NCBI GenBank assembly: GCA_034661055.1
Contig: JAYEKO010000051.1
Span: 1-14,584 of the forward strand
Length of the DNA: 14,584 nt
Source: Campylobacterota bacterium
Lineage (GTDB): Bacteria; Campylobacterota; Campylobacteria; Campylobacterales; Sulfurimonadaceae
Reading direction: 5' to 3'
Positions 1-7,341 of this stretch are shown here, piece after piece. Numbering within the stretch: the first letter of the stretch is position 1; each line of letters begins with the position of its first letter. A model generated the notes under the pieces. It searched no databases. It was given only the letters and a program-made list of their open reading frames with translations, and was not told where the DNA came from. The position numbers and the translations under genes are program-made.

Positions 1-894
1 TTGTGTCACTTCATCTTGAAGTTTTAAAGCTTCATAAACATGTAGAAACATCACCTCTGGTACTTTTTTTCTAATATGTCTAGCATTAAGATACGGAGAA
101 AGCGAGAGTGTTACAAGAGAGACAAATGTATCAAATCCTACATATTCAATGGCCACCCCACTCTCTTTAATAAAGTTCTGTGACATCTGATGAAGCGAAC
201 GTGCCCCGATTTTAATGAGTGTAGAGAGAGTCAGACGGTTAAAAGGAATGAGTGTATGCTCATTTAAAAGAGAGAGTAGCTTTTTATCAAATGCCTCTTC
301 TTTAGTACCACTCACCACCATCTGCTCACGACTTAAACGCTCCATTAAAAATGTATGTGCCTGAAGCGGATCATTTTTTAGAAGTTCACGAAGATCTTGA
401 CGTTGTAAGAGTGAAGAGAGGCTTGTAGTTGTCATAATGACAATGACCTGTGAAAAATCGACGGTACTTTTTTCATGGTCTGCAAAAAGAGCATAGAGTG
501 AGAGTTGGACTTGAAGGTCTGCTTTTTCAATATCTTCAAAAATCAAAATTGAGTTTGGATACTCTTTAACAAAAGCAATAACATCACTCTCAATACTTAC
601 AGGACTAAGCTGGTCAACACCCATGCCAAAGCCGCCACTGTACTGATCCATATGAAAGGTCTTAAGCTCTTGAAGCTCAGGATCAATTTGCAGCAGTACC
701 TCTGGAAGATAATGCTTACCTGTATTTGGAGGTCCAATAAACGTAAAAAGGGCACGTACTCTACTTTTAGTTTGTAATAACTGTGCCTGAACCAAGGTCT
801 TTATTAAGATTTCAACTGCCTCATCTTGGTCAAACAGATGCTCTTTTAGTATGCTTTCAAGCTTGCGGCTAAGTTCACTGTAATTTCCATTCAC
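1..894 (-). CDS. AAA+ ATPase-like protein, N-terminal part (ClpA/ClpB second-AAA-domain-like); runs off the left edge
   Basis: Manual translation from GTG at 894 (AAGGAG RBS at 900-905) is open to position 1: MNGNYSELSRKLESILKEHLFDQDEAVEIL...ALFTFIGPPNTGKHY...NSILIFEDIEKADLQVQ...VDFSQVIVIMTT...LIPFNRL...YLNARHIRKK. This follows the ClpB D2 motif order (GQ.EAV, FLGP.GVGKT, DEVEKA, VDF.NTVVIMTSN, F.PL, GARPL). It is absent from the ORF track because there is no stop in the window. Confidence 0.85.
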   Translation of the reverse strand, partial: MNGNYSELSRKLESILKEHLFDQDEAVEILIKTLVQAQLLQTKSRVRALFTFIGPPNTGKHYLPEVLLQIDPELQELKTFHMDQYSGGFGMGVDQLSPVSIESDVIAFVKEYPNSILIFEDIEKADLQVQLSLYALFADHEKSTVDFSQVIVIMTTTSLSSLLQRQDLRELLKNDPLQAHTFLMERLSREQMVVSGTKEEAFDKKLLSLLNEHTLIPFNRLTLSTLIKIGARSLHQMSQNFIKESGVAIEYVGFDTFVSLVTLSLSPYLNARHIRKKVPEVMFLHVYEALKLQDEVTQ

Positions 895-918
895 TGTCAC
901 TCCTTCGTCTATGCAGTT

Positions 919-927
919 ATTATAACA
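919..927 (-). promoter_or_regulatory. Extended -10 promoter element (TGTTATAAT) for the AAA+ gene
   Basis: The reverse complement of 919-927 is TGnTATAAT, about 13 nt upstream of the RBS. Confidence 0.55.
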
Positions 928-1027
928 AAACTCTACCAGTAAAAGTAGTATTTTTCAACCGACTTCAAGTGATTTTTATCTAACTTGATTTATAGTATAT
1001 ATAGAAGCTTCACAGAAAGGATTTATT

Positions 1028-2323
1028 ATGTATATTCGTATCTTACTAGTTCTTATGCTTTTAAGCATTACAAACACACTTACAGCTGGTGATGATGTTA
1101 AATCATTTTTATCATCAAAATCTTTTACTATCATGGGAACTTTTTCTTCTTATGATTTTGAACCTACTAAAGACAATGACCCTTTTGACTGGGTCTTTAC
1201 AATGAGCAGTAGTGGTAAATCTTATCAACTACAAGGTGATGCGCCAGACGACGATAATGTATTTGGATGGAAAGAAGCAACTGTTACCCCTCCAAGCGCA
1301 CAATGGTATATGTTCTCACTAGGTGAGGATGTTGACGGTGACGGTTCAGTAAAATTTGATTGGATACTAGTCAGTGCCAAGAATCAAGCCATTTATAAAC
1401 TGGCAGGGGTAAAAGATGACGGTACATTTGATTACTCTGATAGAATAGTCATTGATGTTGTAAAAAATGGTGATAAACTCATTTTTGAAAACCTCAGTAA
1501 TGAGATAGAAAAACTCATTGACTCTAAAGAATCTGCAGTCAATGCCTTAAGTGCAATGGAAGATGGTATCAATGATATTTTTGGACTTTCAGCATGGCTT
1601 AACCTAATTCTAAACACTTCAATTCACAGAGAACCTAACTCAAGTCCTCTACTCAAAACAAGTGATTTAAAAAGCCGTGCAGTATTACGTAGTCTTGCAT
1701 TAAATAGAGGTGTTTACAATAATGAAACTATTGAGTGTCTAGAAGCTGGAACGATGCTAGTCAATGGGCCTTCTAGTATGGAAGCAATGAATATTGTAAT
1801 TGACTTCAACCAATGTTATATGGATGCATTTGGTTATCTCTCTGGTCAGATACATTATCAAGACAGTAGATCTGAAGATTTATATACTGCTGTAACTGAA
1901 TTTATTGATTTCATAATAGATACAGGATTAGCAAGCCAAAGTACTACTAACGGAACACTTACTGAACAGTTTATTGGTGAGGACAAATCAATAACTACCT
2001 TTACTGGTACAACACAAAATAGTAAGCGAACATCTCTTTATACTGACTATGTCATAACGAACGAAGGTACTTCAATGCAAGTTGAAGGAAAAATCAGTAA
2101 AACAGTAGACATTACATATCCTTGTCGCGTAGGTATATATAATGTTGAGACCCTAGTTATCTTTGAGGTTGACAATGATCTATTTGATGGAGTCGTTACC
2201 ATTAACAATGCACAATTTAGCTATGCACATTTAGCATCTGATCTTGTGTATGCCTATATAGAGTATGATGGAAAAACAGTTAATCTTTTAGTAGATGATT
2301 ATACGCCATCTTGTAATGACTAA
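1028..2323 (+). CDS. Secreted hypothetical protein, 431 aa: signal peptide, N-terminal module with duplicated FDW-x10-YxLxG motif, beta-rich C-terminal module with 4 Cys
   Basis: Long ORF with AAAGGA RBS at 1016-1021 and a hydrophobic N-terminus (MYIRILLVLMLLSITNTLTA|G). Acidic and Thr-rich. No family recognised. Confidence 0.8.
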   Translation: MYIRILLVLMLLSITNTLTAGDDVKSFLSSKSFTIMGTFSSYDFEPTKDNDPFDWVFTMSSSGKSYQLQGDAPDDDNVFGWKEATVTPPSAQWYMFSLGEDVDGDGSVKFDWILVSAKNQAIYKLAGVKDDGTFDYSDRIVIDVVKNGDKLIFENLSNEIEKLIDSKESAVNALSAMEDGINDIFGLSAWLNLILNTSIHREPNSSPLLKTSDLKSRAVLRSLALNRGVYNNETIECLEAGTMLVNGPSSMEAMNIVIDFNQCYMDAFGYLSGQIHYQDSRSEDLYTAVTEFIDFIIDTGLASQSTTNGTLTEQFIGEDKSITTFTGTTQNSKRTSLYTDYVITNEGTSMQVEGKISKTVDITYPCRVGIYNVETLVIFEVDNDLFDGVVTINNAQFSYAHLASDLVYAYIEYDGKTVNLLVDDYTPSCND

Positions 2324-2349
2324 AGTACTGACTCTAAGTCAGTACTTTA
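2321..2349 (+). terminator. Perfect 13-bp inverted repeat (terminator-like or transcript-stabilising hairpin)
   Basis: TAAAGTACTGACT-CTA-AGTCAGTACTTTA starts at the stop codon of the 431-aa gene. The U-tract is short (TTT within the stem end). Confidence 0.6.
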
Positions 2350-2367
2350 ATAAGGAAAAGATTTTAC

Positions 2368-3096
2368 ATGTATAAAATACTTGGTTTTTCACTGTTGCTT
2401 TGTACCCTTCTCATTGCCGATGAGGCTCATGACATCATCAACAAACTTGATGATAATCTCAGAGGTAAAAATATCTACATGGCACTTACCATGAAAGTTG
2501 CTTCCATGGGTCATGAGAGAACTATGAAGATGCAGAGCTACTCACAAGGTACTAAAAAAAGCTTTGTTAAAATAACCTATCCACCAAAAGACAGAGGCAT
2601 TACCTTTTTAAGTCTGGACAATCAGATGTGGCAGTATGTTCCAAAAATTGAGCGTATCATTAAAATTCCACCTTCCATGATGCTACAAAACTGGATGGGA
2701 AGTGACATTACCAATGACGATATGGTTAAACAGAGTTCTATTGTAGAAGACTACGACCCATATATTATAGAAAAAGAGGGCACCATTGTCACCATAGAGC
2801 TGATTCCTAAAGCTGATGCTCCTGTGGTATGGAGTAAAATCATCACTAATGTTGACACTACAACGTACACTTCAAACAAAGATATATTTTACGATGAAGA
2901 TGGCAAAGAGGTACGCTATTTCATCTACAAAGATGTTAAACAGTTTGGAAAATATTATATTCCTACCTACTGGAAAGTTCAGTCAAGTGATAAAATAGAT
3001 AACTACACCGAGATAATTTTAGAAGAGGTAGAGTATGATACTAAACTTTCACAACAGTACTTTAAAAAAAGTGCTTTAAAGCGGTTTTCTAGATAA
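2368..3096 (+). CDS. LolA-like outer membrane lipoprotein-sorting family protein (periplasmic)
   Basis: Signal peptide. Family-typical motifs YPPKDRGITFL, MWQYVPKIERIIKIPPSMMLQNWMGSDITNDD and YDEDGKEVR. AAGGA RBS upstream. Confidence 0.85.
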   Translation: MYKILGFSLLLCTLLIADEAHDIINKLDDNLRGKNIYMALTMKVASMGHERTMKMQSYSQGTKKSFVKITYPPKDRGITFLSLDNQMWQYVPKIERIIKIPPSMMLQNWMGSDITNDDMVKQSSIVEDYDPYIIEKEGTIVTIELIPKADAPVVWSKIITNVDTTTYTSNKDIFYDEDGKEVRYFIYKDVKQFGKYYIPTYWKVQSSDKIDNYTEIILEEVEYDTKLSQQYFKKSALKRFSR

Positions 3097-3106
3097 AAGG
3101 TAAAAA

Positions 3107-4327
3107 ATGTTTAACTTCGCTCTAAAAAACATTCTTTTTTACAAAGGTCGCTCTATCACTACCTTTGTTCTTACCTTTATATCTACTATGCTTTTTATTG
3201 TTTACGTCTCCATGATGGATGGTTCACATAACTCCATGCTTCAAAACTCTCTTAAAGTATATGGTGGAGCTATTGAAATTTACCATAAAGGCTATCGCGA
3301 TATTGGTGGTAATGAGTACCTAATTACTGATGTACAGAGCATCACAAAAGAGCTTTCTAAGATTGATGGTATTGAGCTTTTTAGTTCTCGTTATGAGACG
3401 TATGGACTGCTTTCACACAAGGAGTACTCTACAGCTGCTATGGTTGTCGGCATTGAACCTCAAAAAGAGAGCATACTTTCAGAACTTCAAAATGCTCTTA
3501 TTAAGGGTAAATATCTTGACTCAGACTCTGGAAACTGCCTCTATATGGGTAGTGGTATTGTTAAAAAACTCAAAGTGAGTCTTGGTGATGAGGTCTCTTT
3601 TATTGGTGCGGCAAGTGACAACTCTTTTGCTGCTGATATCTTTAAACTCTGTGGAGTTTTTAAAACAGGTGCATTTGAGTTTGACTCCAGCGCTGTCTTT
3701 GTAAGTAGAGAGTACCTCGATGAACTTCTGTATGCGAAAAACAAAGCATCTTATATCACCATTAAAGTCGATAATATCAAAAATATTGACGCTATCAACA
3801 GCAGTATTACAACAATTTTAGATAATGAAACCCTAGAGTCTCTTACATGGAAAACCTTGATGAAGACCATGGTAGAGGCAATGGAGGTTGACAGCATCTT
3901 TGGCTATGTCTCTTTGGCTCTATTTTTTATTGTCATCTTTTTTGTCATTATGATTTACGGTTTTATTAATGTCAGTTCTCGCATTAAAGAGTTTGGAGTA
4001 TTACGCTGTATTGGCCTTTGTAAAGGAGATATCTTTACACTACTGCTCTATGAAATCGTCATACTCTCATCTTTAGCAGTGCTTTTAGCAACGCCAATTG
4101 CTAGTTACATCTGTTACTATTACAGTATCAATCCCATAGTCATTGAGGGAATTGCCGAGATGTATAAAGACTATGGGGTCATCTCAGATGAGATACCTTT
4201 TGATTTTAATCTGTTCACTATCTCTTGGAACATTGTCGTCATTTACCTATTAAATATTTTAAGTATTATCTATCCATACTTTTACATCAACTCTTTTAAA
4301 CCTATAGAAGCGAGCCGTCATGTATAG
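3107..4327 (+). CDS. ABC transporter permease, LolC/E-MacB/FtsX family
   Basis: One N-terminal TM, a large periplasmic domain and three C-terminal TMs. Contains RIKEFGVLRCIG. Confidence 0.9.
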   Translation: MFNFALKNILFYKGRSITTFVLTFISTMLFIVYVSMMDGSHNSMLQNSLKVYGGAIEIYHKGYRDIGGNEYLITDVQSITKELSKIDGIELFSSRYETYGLLSHKEYSTAAMVVGIEPQKESILSELQNALIKGKYLDSDSGNCLYMGSGIVKKLKVSLGDEVSFIGAASDNSFAADIFKLCGVFKTGAFEFDSSAVFVSREYLDELLYAKNKASYITIKVDNIKNIDAINSSITTILDNETLESLTWKTLMKTMVEAMEVDSIFGYVSLALFFIVIFFVIMIYGFINVSSRIKEFGVLRCIGLCKGDIFTLLLYEIVILSSLAVLLATPIASYICYYYSINPIVIEGIAEMYKDYGVISDEIPFDFNLFTISWNIVVIYLLNILSIIYPYFYINSFKPIEASRHV

Positions 4328-5531
4328 ACTCATCATTAAAATGGCTTGGAAAAACTCTTTTTTACGACTCTCTAGAACACTACTTCTCATTACTATGATA
4401 GCGGTGAGTATGAGTATGATGATTGGTATTCAAGGGCTCTATGATGGTATGGCAAATAACATGCTAGACAAGAACAAACGAAGTGCCAGCGGGGATATTA
4501 GCATTTTTGCCAAAGAGTATAGAGTGGAAAAAGATCTAAAATATAGAATTAAAAACGCTGCTGCTATTAAAGATAGTATTGAGCAGATACAGGGGGTCAA
4601 AGCAGTAGTTCTGCGAACCAAAGCAGATGGCCTCATAGCAACAGCACGTAAGTCATCATTTGCTACCATACACGGTATTAATCTAGAAAATGAAAACCAA
4701 TTTGGAGAGTTTAGTGAATTTCTAAAACGTGGTGAGATGCGACTAGATAAGCGTAGTGCACTCATTGGACTCGAACTTGCTAAAACACTCAAAGTTCGTA
4801 TTGGCTCAAAAATTGTCTTCTCCACGCAAGATGTCACAGGTGAGATTAACTCCGTAGCACTTAAAGTTCGAGGTATTATCCAAACTACCAATATTTCACT
4901 TGACTCTACTGCTGTTTTTATAAATGCTGATAATTTACATCTGTTTCTTGGAACGAACCCAAACGAAGCAACACAAATAGCCGTTATGAGTGATGATGAG
5001 AGTTTACTTGAGACACTTAAAAACAGATACCCAAAGCTTGATATTAAAAGTTTTTTAGAGCTACAGCCCATGATGCAGATGATGCAAGAGGTCATGACTA
5101 TTTTTAACTCTATTACCTTTGTTATTGTAATGAGTGTCGTTTTTATTGGTATTCTTGGGGTGATGTACGTATCTATTTTAGACAGAATTCGAGAGTTTGG
5201 AATTGTCCTTGGCATTGGAATGCACTACAGATACATCCGATTACAGATATTTTTTGAGGCTATTTTTATCTCACTTTTTGGTTACATCGCAGGAGCAGTT
5301 CTTGGTGGTGCACTTCTGCTATACCTTAAAAACTATGGACTTGATTTAAGTGCTTTTTCTGATGCCTTAGAGATGTGGGGTTATGAGGCTGTAATTTACG
5401 GAACCATAAAACTCTCTTACTTCACCACTACCTTTGCTGCCATCATCGCCGCAGCACTTTTAAGTGTCATATTACCTCTACAAAAAATAAAAAAACTCAA
5501 CCCAATAGAAGTCATAAAGGCTGAAAAATGA
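4320..5531 (+). CDS. ABC transporter permease, LolC/E-MacB/FtsX family (second subunit)
   Basis: MAWKN..R..RTLL N-terminus, RIREFGIVLGIG motif and C-terminal KLNPIEVIK. Overlaps the previous gene by 8 bp. Confidence 0.9.
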   Translation: MYRLIIKMAWKNSFLRLSRTLLLITMIAVSMSMMIGIQGLYDGMANNMLDKNKRSASGDISIFAKEYRVEKDLKYRIKNAAAIKDSIEQIQGVKAVVLRTKADGLIATARKSSFATIHGINLENENQFGEFSEFLKRGEMRLDKRSALIGLELAKTLKVRIGSKIVFSTQDVTGEINSVALKVRGIIQTTNISLDSTAVFINADNLHLFLGTNPNEATQIAVMSDDESLLETLKNRYPKLDIKSFLELQPMMQMMQEVMTIFNSITFVIVMSVVFIGILGVMYVSILDRIREFGIVLGIGMHYRYIRLQIFFEAIFISLFGYIAGAVLGGALLLYLKNYGLDLSAFSDALEMWGYEAVIYGTIKLSYFTTTFAAIIAAALLSVILPLQKIKKLNPIEVIKAEK

Positions 5532-6199
5532 TAAGACTAGAAGATATTAACAAGTACTTTTATAAAGATGACCCAAGAGAAGTTCATGCCCTTCACAACA
5601 TCAACTTAACCATAGAAGATGGAGAATTTACTCTTCTTAGCGGACCATCAGGATGTGGAAAGACAACACTTTTAAACGCCATAGGGGCACTAGACAGTGT
5701 TGACAGTGGCAAGATATATCTTGATAACACCGAAATAACTTCACTGAGTGAAGATGACAGAACAACACTAAGACTTAATGAGATCGGTTTTGTATTTCAA
5801 GCGTACAACCTTGTTCCTGTTTTAAATGTCGAAGATAATATTGGCTTTATTATGAGACTTCGTGGCTTTAATGAAGAAGTTATACACCAGAGAGTCTTAG
5901 AGATTGCAACCATACTAAAGATAGACAACAGACTAAAATCTCTACCCAACACCCTAAGTGGCGGCCAGCAGCAACGTGTCGCGGTAGCTCGCGCGGTGGC
6001 TTCAAAGCCAAAGATTATTTTAGCCGATGAACCTACAGCAAATTTAGACTCTAAAAATTCAGAGACCTTAATGGATATGATGAGGGAGCTCAACCTTAAA
6101 GAGAGAGTTAGTATTGTCTTTGCCTCACATGATGAATATGTTAGAGATAATGTTCGCCGCATTATCAAACTTAATGATGGAGCCTTAGTTGAAAGTTAA
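5528..6199 (+). CDS. ABC transporter ATP-binding protein, LolD/MacB type
   Basis: Walker A GPSGCGKT, Q-loop GFVFQAYNL, signature LSGGQQQRVA, Walker B ILADEPTANLD and H-loop SHD. ATGA overlap with the permease. Confidence 0.95.
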   Translation: MIRLEDINKYFYKDDPREVHALHNINLTIEDGEFTLLSGPSGCGKTTLLNAIGALDSVDSGKIYLDNTEITSLSEDDRTTLRLNEIGFVFQAYNLVPVLNVEDNIGFIMRLRGFNEEVIHQRVLEIATILKIDNRLKSLPNTLSGGQQQRVAVARAVASKPKIILADEPTANLDSKNSETLMDMMRELNLKERVSIVFASHDEYVRDNVRRIIKLNDGALVES

Positions 6200-7319
6200 T
6201 GTAACCATTTTTTTACTTGCAATTTTTACATGTAATTTATTAGCTGAGTATGATTATACTATTAGCAACACAAACTTTACTATCTCTCAGGGATCTGTTT
6301 TGCCTCAAGATGAGACTACCTATCTTTACAACTATAACCGACTACGTTACCGAGGAGATTACTACAGAAAAAACTATTTTGCCACAGCTATTGCCGATGT
6401 TGTAAACTACTTGGGTGATGAGTATGTTAACTCACCCTCATTTAAATATGTTGAACTCTTCAAAGCTGACACGCCTTTTAAAACTCAGACTTCATTTCAC
6501 AGTTATAATAATGCAATAGTATATGCCAAACTTTACCGACTATATGGTGGCTATGAGGATGAATACAATCGTGTTGTTATTGGTCTGCAAAACATCTCTA
6601 TGGGAGTTGGACGTATCTGGACTCCTACAAACCTTTTTAACCCAAGAAACAGTTACGCCCTAGAACCAGATGAGACATTTGGAGTAGCTGCACTTGCATA
6701 CACAAGACATATTGATGATATGTCTAGTCTCACTGTAGTTGCAAGTCAAAAAGCAGATAACAGCTTTAAATATGCTGGCAGATACACCGCTTCACTAAAT
6801 ATTTCCGATATAGCCATTAATCTTATTCACTCCAATGAAACAGATATGGCAGGTTTTGAAATTGAGGGAAACTTGGCAGATACAGGAGTAGAAGTACGCA
6901 CTGAGGGAGCTTACATTAAAACTGATGAATTTCACTTTTTTCAAGCTATAGTGGGAGCTGATTACGGTTTTGTTAATGGAGTCAATGTTATTTTTGAAGC
7001 TCTTTACAGCTCAAAAACATTCTCCATAATGGAGATAATGAAAAACTACGACTCAGAGATAGCACCCAACTTACTCTACTCACATTTCTACGGGGCAGGA
7101 AGCGTAAGCTACAGTTTTAATCTCTTTTTAGATGCTTCACTGCTCTACATAGAGAGTTTTAATGAACATAACTCACGCTTCATATCTCCAACACTTACCT
7201 ACACACTTAACGATTACAACACATTTTCTATTGGAGCGATGCTACAACAAGGTTCAAATGAGAGTGAATTTGGTATGCTTTCAAATAGTTATTATTTTAA
7301 ATATTCACTTTCATTTTAA
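6189..7319 (+). CDS. Predicted outer-membrane beta-barrel protein
   Basis: TTG start overlapping the ATPase gene, followed by a signal peptide (MKVNVTIFLLAIFTCNLLA|E). Tyr/Phe-rich alternating strands, an IGLQNISMGVGRIWTPTNLFNP segment and a C-terminal beta-signal YYFKYSLSF ending in Phe. Confidence 0.75.
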   Translation: MKVNVTIFLLAIFTCNLLAEYDYTISNTNFTISQGSVLPQDETTYLYNYNRLRYRGDYYRKNYFATAIADVVNYLGDEYVNSPSFKYVELFKADTPFKTQTSFHSYNNAIVYAKLYRLYGGYEDEYNRVVIGLQNISMGVGRIWTPTNLFNPRNSYALEPDETFGVAALAYTRHIDDMSSLTVVASQKADNSFKYAGRYTASLNISDIAINLIHSNETDMAGFEIEGNLADTGVEVRTEGAYIKTDEFHFFQAIVGADYGFVNGVNVIFEALYSSKTFSIMEIMKNYDSEIAPNLLYSHFYGAGSVSYSFNLFLDASLLYIESFNEHNSRFISPTLTYTLNDYNTFSIGAMLQQGSNESEFGMLSNSYYFKYSLSF

Positions 7320-7341
7320 ACACACATTGTAAAGGAACAGA

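Noticed and set aside
4439..5215. 258-aa antisense ORF
   Set aside because: Lies wholly opposite a well-supported permease, is Ser/Ile/Leu-rich as typical of shadow frames, and has no motifs.
2368..6199. Assigning lolA/lolC/lolE/lolD gene symbols
   Set aside because: Family-level similarity only. The context with a beta-barrel suggests a paralogous system, and orthology cannot be shown from the sequence alone.
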